DNA of 64,000 bases from an uncultured delta proteobacterium (lineage in GTDB: Bacteria; Desulfobacterota; Desulfobacteria; Desulfobacterales; QNYZ01), in the NCBI GenBank assembly GCA_963845145.1, contig CAWJQU010000005.1, positions 288,001-352,000 of the forward strand, given 5' to 3'. Both the position numbers and the translations under genes were made by a program. Of this stretch, positions 29,213-40,298 are shown piece after piece (the stretch's first letter is position 1; every line of letters starts with the position of its first letter). Under the pieces are notes generated by a model. It saw only the letters and a program-made list of their open reading frames with translations, ran no database searches and had not been told where the DNA came from.

Positions 29213-30823
29213 CTATTTTGTCGCGCGGGGGGAATTCTCATCCACCCAAACCAAATCGAGATCTTGGTACATCAGTTCTACGGCGTTTTGCTGAAGTCCA
29301 TGAACCCAGGGGTGATGCGCAATAATGGCTTTGTTGTAGTTGAAGAACCAGATAGGCGCATCATCTAAAAATACACCATCCGCTTTTTTGAGCAGATCGT
29401 TGCGTTTGGCAGGGTCGGCTTCCTTTTCGGCGGCATCGACCAGGGCGTCGTACTCGGGGTTATTGTATGCGATGTAGTTACCTGCGTGGGCGGGAGTTTT
29501 GGAATGCCACTGCTTCATAGCCTGGAGTGGGTCCGGGCCTGAATTGAATGACATAACATACGCCTCAAAATCTTGCTTCTCATAGACAAGCTCCTGATTT
29601 ACGGCACTTTCCACGAGCTTGGGCTTCATTTCAATGCCTACTTTCGCTAAAAAAGGCAGGGTGGCTTCAATGATGCCGATTCCATAGGATTTACTATCCG
29701 TGGTGATAATATCAAAAGAGAGCATACCTTCGGTGATGCCGGCTTCTTTTAGCAATTGTTTGGCTTTTTCCGGATCATAGGTATACCCTTTGGCCTGATC
29801 ATTAAACGCAGGTGAAGAGGCGGGAAGCCATCCTACTGCCGAAAAAGCCTTCCCTTTCACATATTTATCGATAATAAGATCTTTATTGATGGCATAGTTG
29901 AAAGCCTGGCGCACCCGTTTATCCTTGAATTTTTCGTTTTTAAGATTAAATCCGATATGTCGCGTATACATTTCTGCGACGGTAAGCAGGTTTTTGGATA
30001 GTTCCGGGTCTTTGGCATATACTTGATATTGGGCAGACCCCAATACAGTGGCATCAAGCTCCTTGGATCGGAAAGCCAAATCGCGCGCAGCGCTTTCACC
30101 CATGATCTTATAAACCACGGTATCCAGATAGGGGCGTCCTTCTTTGTAATAATCGGCAAATTTTTTCAAAACGATTTCGCTGCCGCGGACCCATTTAACA
30201 AACTGAAAGGGTCCTAAACCCACGGGTGAGGTGGCAAACCCGTCGCCTTTGGCTTCAACTTCTTCCTTGGGCAAAATAGACGTCATGGTGCGGAAAAGAA
30301 AAAATCCCGGATCACCGGGTTGTTCCAAAGTTATTTCCAAGGTGTAGTCGTCAATCTTACGAAGACCCGCAATACTCCCGGCCTTCCCGGTTTCAACATC
30401 AGCCGCGCCTTTGATATTGCGTATATAGCGGGCCGCCGGTGAAGCCAGTTTGGGACTCATAATTCGGTTATAGCTCCAGATCACATCATCGGCGGTCATG
30501 GGGCGACCGTTGTGAAATTTGGCATTGTTTCTCAACTTATAGGTATAGATACGCTGATCGGAAGACGCGGTGACACTTTCGGCCAGTTCTAAAACCGGTT
30601 TACCCTGTTTGGAGTTCCAATTGTAGAGGGCGCGATGAATTGACATGCCCACAATGGCATCCTGGGTTCGGGTCGTTCGGTGGGCATCCAGAGAGGAGAG
30701 GCTCGAACCATAAGGCGCTATGAAATGAAAGGATCCGCCTTCCCTTGCCGCCAAAACATGAGAGACAAACATGAATTCAACCAAAGAAACCATTATCAAC
30801 ATCACTAAAAATTTTTTCATCAT
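29213..30823 (-). CDS. dppA: Peptide/nickel ABC transporter substrate-binding protein (family 5)
   Basis: Signal peptide; FHNGRPMTADDV, PVGLGPF, RVRQAFNYAIN and YDPEKAKQLL motifs; RBS GGAGG. Confidence 0.9.
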   Translation of the reverse strand: MMKKFLVMLIMVSLVEFMFVSHVLAAREGGSFHFIAPYGSSLSSLDAHRTTRTQDAIVGMSIHRALYNWNSKQGKPVLELAESVTASSDQRIYTYKLRNNAKFHNGRPMTADDVIWSYNRIMSPKLASPAARYIRNIKGAADVETGKAGSIAGLRKIDDYTLEITLEQPGDPGFFLFRTMTSILPKEEVEAKGDGFATSPVGLGPFQFVKWVRGSEIVLKKFADYYKEGRPYLDTVVYKIMGESAARDLAFRSKELDATVLGSAQYQVYAKDPELSKNLLTVAEMYTRHIGFNLKNEKFKDKRVRQAFNYAINKDLIIDKYVKGKAFSAVGWLPASSPAFNDQAKGYTYDPEKAKQLLKEAGITEGMLSFDIITTDSKSYGIGIIEATLPFLAKVGIEMKPKLVESAVNQELVYEKQDFEAYVMSFNSGPDPLQAMKQWHSKTPAHAGNYIAYNNPEYDALVDAAEKEADPAKRNDLLKKADGVFLDDAPIWFFNYNKAIIAHHPWVHGLQQNAVELMYQDLDLVWVDENSPRATK

Positions 30824-30971
30824 TCTCCTCCTTTATAATGGTTATTAGTGGGTTTGCCAGACGCTAAAGTACGATCGGGGCAGACCCGCAAAATGGGCAA
30901 CCTTAATCACCTAAGACCGAGAAAGGGACGCCTTCATCCTGGAACGTTAAAATAAACATCCTTTTTAATAT

Positions 30972-31020
30972 AAATATTAAATGCGTTTAATATTTTAAGC
31001 GACAAGGATTTGGCTGTCAA
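30972..31020 (-). promoter_or_regulatory. sigma70 promoter of the ABC operon with overlapping palindromic operator
   Basis: Minus-strand TTGACA-17-TAAAAT (31020-30992); perfect 10-bp inverted repeat AAATATTAAA-TGCG-TTTAATATTT at 30972-30995. Confidence 0.75.
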
Positions 31021-31098
31021 GAAGTAATTATAGATAGATGAAGAAAATGAATGGTTACAATTGGGTGAAAACCGGTTAACGCTGAAGATAGCGGTCTG

Positions 31099-33267
31099 TT
31101 AGCTGCATTTGGAAAAACCGCACCCATGACAGACCAGGCAGCCTTCTTCATGGGCGAGTACATCTCCGCAGTCGGGACAAACCCCCATCATCCCTTTGAT
31201 TTCCGACGGTTCGGTTCCACTGATAAGTTGTAGAACCTGGGCCATGGCATCGGGACACGAAAGCACCATCTTACCGTTTTGCCAGGTGGGTGTGGGACAG
31301 CGGATTCCCGTTAGCTGCTTGATGATGGCATCCACGCGAACCCCGGAACGAAGGGCTAATGATACCAGTCGGCCGGCCGCTTCTATCTGGGAAGAAGCAC
31401 AGCCACCCGTCTTGCCCATTTTAGCAAATACTTCACACAGCCCGACCTCATCTGAATTGACGGTGACGTAAAGGTTCCCACATCCTGTACCAATTCGTTG
31501 GGTCAACCCCAGGGTTCGCTCAGGCCGGGGACGGGGGGCCTCGGGGCCGGATACCGCCTGTAGGTCTTTCACGAACAACACCTGTTGTTCGCGACTGCCA
31601 TAGCGGTAGACCGTGACGCCCTTGCATTTGAGTGCGTGCGCCCGCCGAAAAACGTCGTTAACCTGGTCCCGGGAGGCCGTCGCCGGAACATTTACCGTTT
31701 TGGATACGGCACTATCGGTATGTTTTTGGAAAGCCGCCTGAATGCGAATATGCCATTCAGGTTCAATATCAAGGGCGGTTACAAAAATTCGTTTAATATC
31801 ATCGGGGATGGTATCGATATCTTGCACTGAGCCCGATTCTGCAATTTTTTTTATCAGCTCATCGGTGAACCAGCCCTCTTTTTTGGCAGTTGCGACGAAT
31901 AGGGGGTTAACCTCAAAAAGGGTTTGGTTGTCGATGGCGCGACGCTGGTGGACAATGGCAAAGACCGGTTCGATGCCGCTGGATACACCGGCGATAATAC
32001 TGATGGTGCCGGTGGGTGCGATCGTGGTCGTGGTGGCATTGCGCATGCCGCCGTTGCCCTGCTCAGCAAAGATACTGTTGTCATATTGGGGAAAATTACC
32101 CCGTTGACCGGCCAAATTTTTTGAAGCGTGGCGGGTTTCTTCACGAATAAAGGCCATGATCCGTTCGGCCTCGGCGACCGCCGCTTCCGAGTTGTAGGGA
32201 ATTTTTCTCTCGATCAGTAGATCGGCAAAACCCATTATCCCCAGACCGATCTTTCTCGTGGCCCGGCTCGCTTCTTCAATTTCCGGCATGGGGTAGTGGT
32301 TGATTTCGACGACATTATCCAAAAAATGGATGGCGGTATGAACCGTTTGTTTTATTCGATCCCAATCGATCTTACCGGCATTCACCATGGCTGCCAGATT
32401 GATTGACCCCAGGGTACAGGATTCGAAAGAAAGCAGGGGCTGTTCGCCGCAGGGGTTGGTTGCCTCGATACGGCCGGCAGTCGGCGTGGGATTGTGTCGA
32501 TTGATCCGATCGATAAATAGGATGCCCGGCTCTCCGGTTTGCCAGGCAGCATCTACGATCCGATCGAATACGGCTCTGGCTGGTAGTGCTCCCACGGGCA
32601 AGCCTGTCCGCGGATTGACGAGGTCGTAAGTCTGGTTAGCATCCAAAGCCGCCATGAATGGATCGGTGAGCGCCACGGACAAATTGAAATTGGTAAGACG
32701 ATGCGGCGTATTTTTTGCCTGGATAAAGGCTTCGATATCGGGATGATCCACCCTGAGAACCGCCATATTGGCGCCGCTTCGCGCCCCGCCCTGTTTGACC
32801 GCTTCGGTCATGGTGTCAAACACGTCCATGAAAGGCAGCGGACCGCTGGACACCCCCAATGTGGATTGAACCGTATCTTTGGCCGGACGAATATTGGAAA
32901 AAGAGAAGCCGGTACCGCCACCGCTTTTATGAATCAGGGCGGTGTTTTTCAACGTTTCGAAAATACTATCCATGCTGTCTTCAATGGGCAGGACAAAACA
33001 GGCAGCCAGTTGACCCAGCTCCCGCCCGGCATTCATCAAGGTCGGTGAGTTGGGTAAAAACCACAGACGCTCCATTATTTGAGCGAAGGCCATGGTGGTT
33101 TTTTCAATACTAGCGTTGGCATCAAAATGCCGATCCGCTTTGGCCACAGCCGTGGCCACACGGGCAAACATCTCTTTGGGCGACTCGATAACCCGGCCGT
33201 CGATATTTTTATTCAAATAGCGTTTTTCAAGAATGGTTCTTGCATTATCGGTGAGTTTCTGTGGCAT
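31099..33267 (-). CDS. nrdJ: Class II (adenosylcobalamin-dependent) ribonucleotide reductase with TSCPD and Zn-ribbon C-terminus
   Basis: PNSPTLMNAG, AACFV, ATNPCGEQ, ESCTLGSINL, IAPTGTIS, SCPDA and CPDC..CHGC motifs; no nrdB nearby. Confidence 0.92.
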   Translation of the reverse strand: MPQKLTDNARTILEKRYLNKNIDGRVIESPKEMFARVATAVAKADRHFDANASIEKTTMAFAQIMERLWFLPNSPTLMNAGRELGQLAACFVLPIEDSMDSIFETLKNTALIHKSGGGTGFSFSNIRPAKDTVQSTLGVSSGPLPFMDVFDTMTEAVKQGGARSGANMAVLRVDHPDIEAFIQAKNTPHRLTNFNLSVALTDPFMAALDANQTYDLVNPRTGLPVGALPARAVFDRIVDAAWQTGEPGILFIDRINRHNPTPTAGRIEATNPCGEQPLLSFESCTLGSINLAAMVNAGKIDWDRIKQTVHTAIHFLDNVVEINHYPMPEIEEASRATRKIGLGIMGFADLLIERKIPYNSEAAVAEAERIMAFIREETRHASKNLAGQRGNFPQYDNSIFAEQGNGGMRNATTTTIAPTGTISIIAGVSSGIEPVFAIVHQRRAIDNQTLFEVNPLFVATAKKEGWFTDELIKKIAESGSVQDIDTIPDDIKRIFVTALDIEPEWHIRIQAAFQKHTDSAVSKTVNVPATASRDQVNDVFRRAHALKCKGVTVYRYGSREQQVLFVKDLQAVSGPEAPRPRPERTLGLTQRIGTGCGNLYVTVNSDEVGLCEVFAKMGKTGGCASSQIEAAGRLVSLALRSGVRVDAIIKQLTGIRCPTPTWQNGKMVLSCPDAMAQVLQLISGTEPSEIKGMMGVCPDCGDVLAHEEGCLVCHGCGFSKCS

Positions 33268-33278
33268 AGCCCTAAGCG

Positions 33279-33776
33279 TTAGTTGGTTGAAGCGAGGTGC
33301 TTAAATTTAATTTTAAGGGTCTCTTCCACAAGCGGTGGAACCATTCCTTTAATATTCCCGCCGAATCGGGCGGCTTCCTTGATAATCGAAGAAGAAGTGA
33401 AGATCCACCGCAAGCCTGTCATTAGAAAAACGGTCTGGATATCTTTGTTGAGTCTTCGGTTCATCAGTGCCAATTGAAATTCGTATTCAAAATCGGATGT
33501 TGCCCGCATGCCCCTTAAAATGACATCGGCTTTTTTCTGAACCACATAATCCACCGTAAGGCCGCTGAAAGTATCAACTTTAACCCTGGAAATGCCTTTC
33601 AGGCTCTTTTCGAGTAAATCGAGCCGTTCTTTTACCGTAAAAAGGGTGTTCTTAGCGGGGTTATGTAAAATGGCCACGATCAGTTCATCAAACATGGTCA
33701 GTCCCCGCTTGATGATATCAAGATGTCCGTTGGTGACAGGATCGAACGATCCGGGATAAACAGCGATTTTAGGCAT
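33279..33776 (-). CDS. coaD: Phosphopantetheine adenylyltransferase
   Basis: YPGSFDPVTNGH, RGMRATSDFEYE and SSSIIKE motifs. Confidence 0.96.
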   Translation of the reverse strand: MPKIAVYPGSFDPVTNGHLDIIKRGLTMFDELIVAILHNPAKNTLFTVKERLDLLEKSLKGISRVKVDTFSGLTVDYVVQKKADVILRGMRATSDFEYEFQLALMNRRLNKDIQTVFLMTGLRWIFTSSSIIKEAARFGGNIKGMVPPLVEETLKIKFKHLASTN

Positions 33777-33836
33777 GGTGAGTCCTTATGATCTGAATCA
33801 GGTTGTGAGAAAATAAGCGTGCCTCTTGGCGGCGAC

Positions 33837-34390
33837 CTATAGCACGATTCGAAAAAACGATACAAGGGTTTTTCCGTATGCCCGACGGTCATCGAGGTTG
33901 AAGATGGCCGGCCACGTTTCAGGAATATCGCCGGATGCGTGTTCGATAATTATTTGGGTCTCACCGGTCGAGAGCACGGGAGTCATCAAGATGACGCAGA
34001 ATCTCGGAATCATTTGCGAACGGTAAGGGGGATCGATAAATACCAGGTTGAAGGGATGCATCCGGGATCGGATACAATTTAGATTCAGGCCCAGGTTCCA
34101 TCGAATAACATCGGTGCGCTCGGTCCAGCCGCATGCCTGGACATTTTTTTTAATCAGTGACAACGCCGTCGGTTGGTTATCGATAAAATGGCGTGCTCGG
34201 CGCCTCGACTCAGCGCTTCCAGCCCCATGGCACCCGTGCCGGCAAACAAATCCAGAACACGAGCACCGAGAATCCGGTGGGCCAGGATATTGAAAATGGA
34301 TTCACGAACCCGGTCCGCAGTTGGCCGGATGGATCGATCGGGGGGAGAAAAAAGTTTTTTGCCACGCCTGACGCCACCGATTATTCGCAA
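33837..34390 (-). CDS. rsmD: 16S rRNA m2G966 methyltransferase, split by indel(s) near 34160-34200
   Basis: MRIIGG, RPTADRVRESIFN and DLFAGTGAMGLEALSRGA in the 5' ORF; FIDPPY and YGKT in the 3' ORF; adjacent to coaD. Confidence 0.88.
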
Positions 34391-34411
34391 AATCAGCTTC
34401 CTTGGTTACGG

Positions 34412-35778
34412 TTAATTCTGTTCGCTAAATCGTTTCAGGCGCTTGTGTAGATAACTCCGATCGACACCGATAACCTCGGCGGTTCGGGTGATATTCTCAT
34501 CATTTTGAATGAAGTTTATTTTGGATAAATGTTTTCTCAAACGCTGCCCGGGCATCTTTAAAACCTTCCATGGTCAGAATTTGGGTCAAGAGACGACTCG
34601 GCATCGGTTAACGTTTCCGGGTTGTAGGGTGCCGGCAGATCGTCCACATCAATAGTATCTTCGGTGATCATGATGACCAGCCGTTCCACAAGGTTTTTAA
34701 GTTCCCTGACATTTCCCGGCCAGGTGTAGGCCTGTAATAATGCCAGAGCCACCGCCGCCATTTTTTTTGATGTTTCCCGGGTCTGCTGGGAATTTTCTTC
34801 CAGAAAAGTTTGAACAAGCAAGGGGATATCGGTTATACGCTCCCTCAGCGCCGGGACGTAGATTGGTATGACATTTAGCCGATAGTATAGATCCTCGCGA
34901 AAATGGCCGGCTTCAATCTCTTTTTCCAGATCTTTATTGCTCGCGGCAATAACCCTGAAATCAATTTGAATGGTCCGAGTGCCACCCACGCGCTGAAATT
35001 GCCGTTCCTGCAGCACACGTAAAATTTTGGCCTGGGTTTTCAGGCTCATGTCGCCGATTTCGTCAAGAAAGATCGTGCCGTTACCGGTCAATTCAAATTT
35101 TCCGCGCTTTTTTTCCGTAGCACCGGTAAAAGCCCCCTTCTCGTGACCGAATAATTCACTTTCGATCAACTCTTCCGGAATGGCGGCGCAATTGACATCG
35201 ATCATCGGTTGGGAGGCCCGATGGCTTAGCTGGTGAATGGTGCGGGCCACGAGTTCTTTGCCGACACCGTTTTCACCGGTAATTAAAATCCAGGAGTCTG
35301 CCGGCGCTGCCATTGCAATTTGCTGTTTCAGGGCTATCACCGCCGGGCTGTTTCCGGTGATGGAATTTTTTTCCAATGTTTTTTTGCGTAAATAGCGATT
35401 TTCCTCTTCCAATCGCCGATAGTTCAACGCATTATTGATGGATACGATGACTTTGTCGATGGAGAGCGGTTTTTCGATCAAGTCATACGCGCCCAATTTG
35501 ATGGCCCTGACGGCCGTTTCGATAGTCCCGTGCCCGGTAATGATAATCACTTGAAGAAATGGGTGGTCTTTTTTGATTTCCTTTAGGGTTTCGATACCAT
35601 CAATGCCCGGCATCCAGATATCGAGCATGACCAGATCCGGTGATTCCGTTTCAATTACTTTTAATGCCTCGTACCCGTTAAAGGCGGAAAGGGTATTAAA
35701 CCCCTCGTCGGATAGAATTCCGGTAAGGGATTGAACAATGGAAGGTTCATCATCAACAATGAGAATTGATGGTTGCAT
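34412..35778 (-). CDS. ntrX: sigma54-dependent response regulator NtrX (REC-AAA-HTH); C-terminal HTH out of frame through ~2 indels
   Basis: REC LDIWMPG, GENGVGKE, GAFTGA and WPGNVREL motifs. The HTH (NITRTAEVIGVDRSYLHKRL) is readable in another frame ending at 34412. Confidence 0.85.
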
Positions 35779-35878
35779 TATTTTTCCTTCATGATCTGGT
35801 TACCTTGCAAATTCCAGTAATCCGATTTCATGGGTCGGTCCAGTAAAATCCCTAATCCCAAGTATAAAAAGATCTGCG

Positions 35879-38148
35879 TTACATGGGTAATTCAATCACG
35901 AATTTTGATCCTTTGGGTTGGTTATCCAAGACCCGTATCATCCCCTTGTGATCCATAACAATGGAGTTGACTATAGTCAGCCCCAACCCCATCCCGGCAC
36001 TTTTAGTGGAAAAGTTGGGTTCAAACAAGACGGGTTTTATCTTCATCGGAAATTCCCGGTCCATTATCGGCCACTTCCAGGCGGATCATCTCCAGAATCG
36101 GGTCCTGGGTCAAACTGATCACGATACTTCCCTTTATTTTTCAAGGCGGCAACGGCATTATCGACCAGGTTAATCAGCGCCTGTTTGATCTGTTGGCGGT
36201 CAATATTAATCTTCGGGCATTTTTTCAAGAGACACTAATAATAAAATTAACTTCCGGATGGCCTTCTTTATATAAAGCAACGGTTTCTTCGATAATCTCC
36301 GGCAGATAATATGGTTTTGGGTTGGCCATGGGAAATTTGGCAAAAGCCGAAAACTCATTGACCAGGTTGCGGATCAACTCCACATGGTCGATGATCATCT
36401 GGGTACATTCTTCGAAAATCGGTTCATCGATGTTTTGCCGCATACCTTCTTTTTAGCCGTTGAGCGGATAATGCAATCGGTGTCAACGGGTTTTTAACCT
36501 CATGGGCGATCCGGCGGGCGACCTCCCGCCAGGCTGCCATTCGTTCCGCCTTTTCCAGATCGGTCGAGATCGTCAAATACCACTACCATCCCACGGGCTC
36601 TCCGGTTTCAGTTTTTAAGGGCATTGATATGCAGAATAAAGCTTCTTCGGCTGACGGTTGATACTCAATCGTAAGCGGACGATCAACCGTGTCGTCATGG
36701 GTATAATTGAGATCTTCGATAACGTCTTCGGCCAGATCCAAGTGTTGCCCCGCGAAGCAGTTCATGATACGGTTGGTTAATAATGGTTGATGCATCCAGG
36801 TCGAGCAGACGTTCGGCCGCTTTGTTGATCGTTTGGACAAACCCTCGGCGTCGATGGAAATGACACCCGCGGAAACATTGCTTAAGTACGATCTCCATAT
36901 ATCGCCGTCTTTGTTCGATTTCACGGTTTTGCTCCCTTAATTTATTAGCGGAATCCTCTAGTTGTTGGCGGCTGGCCCGTAAATCGCCGGTCATATGGTT
37001 AAACGAGTCCACGAGACTCCCGATTTCATCATCACCGATTCGCGCAATGGTAAACCCGAGATCTCCCTCAGCTACCCGCCGGGTGCCCTCGGCGAGATTT
37101 TGAATCGGAATACTGATCGACTTGGCAAGATAAAACCCAAACCAGACGGCACAAAATACAACCAGCAATGCCACAATGGACAAGTAATGTAGTAGGTGCT
37201 CCGCACTGGATCTTTCAATAGCTTCATTTGCTGATATTCGTCGAATCCCTTGGAAATGGAACCCATATTATCCGTTAATTCCGGCGGAATAATGCTGGTG
37301 ATAACCACGAAAGCTTCGATGCGATCACCTGTCTCGGCAAAAGGGACGGTTCCGATGGTTCGATACAGATCCCCGGTTTCTCCATCTTCGGAGATAGATC
37401 GTATCTTTTTTTCGGGATTGGTTTTTAATAACCGGTCAGCGGGGACTGGCTTAAGGCCGCCGGAATCGAAATTTCGGACCAAGGGATGCGGTAATTAATT
37501 TGGCTTTAGCGGTGTAGATTTCAACGCCGCTAAAATTTAATGACCGCTGAACCACCTGGATATATCGGGTTAAGATTTTTCCTTTGTTTTTATCAAGCAA
37601 TTTTTGAGATTTAAGCTGATAGGCGATCCGTTCCAGGAAAAACCGGTGATGATTTTCGATGTTATGAGTAAAGCTGTTGGCCGATTCGCAGTGAATTTTC
37701 AAGCGCCTGTTCCACGGGCGCATTGAACCAGAAAGTAATGCTTGTGGTAATAAACCAAAGCGAAAAAAAGAATAAGACGCCGGCGGGCAGCAACGTCAAT
37801 GTGATAAAAGCAGTGACCAGGCGGGTGCGCAGTTTTGACCCGAGAACTTTACGTTTGCGATCGTAAAGCAGTTTAACCAGGTTGCGAAAGACAAGGAAAA
37901 TAAGCAGCAGAAGCAAAAGCAAATTGACATTCATCAGGCTGAACATCAACAAGGCATTGGAGATGGGAATTTCTGCGCCAAAATGAAAAAGCTTGAATTC
38001 AATCCAGGTGAAAAATGATCAGAACGATAATAACGATGGCGATGATGAGTCAATTCCCGTCTACGATGTCTTTTTTCATCACTGCTGGAGGATTTTGAGG
38101 ATTTAAACCTGTTTTTCCCTTTTTTGGGAACCGGGGGGGATTGTGCAT
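35879..38148 (-). CDS. ntrY: NtrY-type HAMP-PAS sensor histidine kinase, broken into many fragments by indels; start approximate
   Basis: Collinear fragments: GSKLRTRLV..F, a HAMP region (DEIGSLVDSFNHMT), PAS, the H-box AWREVARRIAHEVKNPLTP, LVNEFSAFA, and FEPNFSTK..GMGLGL. It precedes ntrX. Confidence 0.8.
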
Positions 38149-38156
38149 CTATTTGA

Positions 38157-38806
38157 TTAGTAGATAAAGTCAATCGTATACCAATCGGTTTCAAAATCCC
38201 AGAGGGAAACAAAAAACAAGACGTAATGCAGATAAAGCGGTAGCTTGATCTTGTTCAGTTCTGCCTTGGCCCTGATTTGATATTGCTGACCCTTGATCAG
38301 CTGGTCCAAAGAAACCACTTTCAAGTTGTCCACGGCTGCCATCAGTTTTTGGGCATTGGGAAAAGTGTTTACCATGGCTGGCGGAGCTATTTTCCCAGGA
38401 TCGATTGATGGTGAATTCATTTTTCAGCCGATTAAATTTGATCGAGTGGGTAATCGTCAGGTCGGCCACTTTTTTATCGAACCAGAAAGAACGATTTCGA
38501 TACAGAGAGATAAAAAATGAAAATGTTGACGGTACGCCGCTCAAAATGGCCTCTTTCATTTTCGGAGGGAACGCCCCTTCCACGTTCAGGTAGATCAAGC
38601 AGGTCGTCACGGGTATTGGTTACAATGATATCATTCAGTCTCGCCTTGGACGCCAATGCCATGGGCGCGCTGAAGAGTCCAGCCAGGATAGCCAGCAAAA
38701 TTGTCATGGCGATCAACCTAACGATCCCTGCAAAGGCGTTCGGCCCTATTTTTTTCCTTTTTCCGTTTCCGATTTCAATATCGGATTTATTCGTTAGTGT
38801 GTCCAT
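38157..38806 (-). CDS. DUF4390-domain periplasmic protein, split by indels; start approximate
   Basis: Collinear fragments: signal peptide + NTRDDLL, EAILSGVP..WFD, and LPLYLHYVLFFVSLWDFETDW. This is the usual upstream neighbour of ntrY in deltaproteobacteria. Confidence 0.72.
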
Positions 38807-39091
38807 TATTCGAAGTAAAGCGGTGATACACGGATTCATCTTTATCCAACTAATTGGTATTCATTCAACGTAAACAGAATCCGGTATCGATTATTAACCC
38901 TTCTTTAGTGTACATTTTCCCCGGTCAACACCGGGTTGGTTTTTTATAACAATGTATCGTCTGTCATTACGATCATAAGGTCGGTAGAAATAATATCGGA
39001 CCCGGCCAAAAATGGCAAGCGATTAAAAAATGATAAGTGATTTCGGCCGGTTCAGACGCGTTACCGCACAATCGTATAATTCGATCAAGCC

Positions 39092-40285
39092 CTATGGCGC
39101 CAGGGTTACCCTTAGCCGATCAACGGGCATTTCGTGAATGGTGATATTGAGTGACTTGACGGTGGCTTTTTTCAAGTCAGCGGCCATCTGCTTTAGCGAC
39201 CCCTTGAAGTAAACCACCAGAATGGCTGTCGGCGGCGTCAAGGCCTTCACTTGCATATGCGTGACGTTCGGCATTGTATTCAATGCCTTGCGCAAAGCCA
39301 CAAAGTTCCGCAGTTGGTCGGTACCGCGGACTTCGATCGTAATGGGCGTTGGGGTCGCTTCATCGGGGCGCTGTTGATGAAAAGCCAGCTGTGGTGCCAG
39401 GTCCTCGGCAACGTTTTTGGCCAATAGCGTAAGGACACTTTTTCCGCCCGTCGCATCATCGGTATTAACGGTAACAGCATCGGTATGCGAAATGCCTATC
39501 TGCGCGCCTGTATCCGTACGGTAGGCCCGTACCGTCAGTGTCCCCTGATATGTTTTTAAGTCGGTTACACGCGTATCTTTGGCGGTAATGGCTGTCGCCT
39601 TGCCGGTTATGACAATTTCGGCCTGGTATTGCCGCCCGATTTCAGCCGCCGTCACCGCATTAAGATCCATGGGGTAATCCTTTTCAACAACCGCTTTTTG
39701 GTGATCGGCGATGACATACCCCCTGTCTTCAAATTCCCGAGCCAGAGCACTATCCGCAATTCCGCCCACAAAGGCCCCATCGGTATGCCACCAAAATCTG
39801 GGGAGGCTATCACCGACGTTTTGTTCGGCGATGAGAAAGATCAGCATCGGCTTGGGGGCCTTTTGCTTCAACAGGCCGGCCCCGTCGATAGCGGTCTTTA
39901 ATTGGGATTCGGAAACAATCGCCTGAATCAAGACACGGTAACCTCGGTCGGTCGATTTTTCAGCCAGTACTTTATATGTTCGAACAAACGTTTCCGCCCG
40001 TTGATCAACTAAAGCGGCAATCTCATCAAATCGGTTGGCCATTAAATCCGGCGGAACGATCTTCAGCGCTTTGAGAGCCACGACCGTATTTAATGCATCG
40101 GAAATCGCCGCTTCCCTTGCCTCGGTGAGATTTTTTCCCGTATTTGGACTTTTACCAATGACCAGGATTGATTGCCCCGGTTTATCGACTTGACCATGAA
40201 CCGTCGTAACAGCCAGTACCAACATGATACCGATGAGCAGGCCAATCATGACACGATGGTGGGCGTACAGATGAATGCGCATCAT
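39092..40285 (-). CDS. Exported hypothetical protein with FlgT-N-like N-terminal domain
   Basis: Signal peptide; AREAAISDAL...FVRTYKVLAE...YRVLIQA pattern; IAEQN...WW motif. Confidence 0.6.
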   Translation of the reverse strand: MMRIHLYAHHRVMIGLLIGIMLVLAVTTVHGQVDKPGQSILVIGKSPNTGKNLTEAREAAISDALNTVVALKALKIVPPDLMANRFDEIAALVDQRAETFVRTYKVLAEKSTDRGYRVLIQAIVSESQLKTAIDGAGLLKQKAPKPMLIFLIAEQNVGDSLPRFWWHTDGAFVGGIADSALAREFEDRGYVIADHQKAVVEKDYPMDLNAVTAAEIGRQYQAEIVITGKATAITAKDTRVTDLKTYQGTLTVRAYRTDTGAQIGISHTDAVTVNTDDATGGKSVLTLLAKNVAEDLAPQLAFHQQRPDEATPTPITIEVRGTDQLRNFVALRKALNTMPNVTHMQVKALTPPTAILVVYFKGSLKQMAADLKKATVKSLNITIHEMPVDRLRVTLAP

Positions 40286-40298
40286 CAATTCCTTCCCC

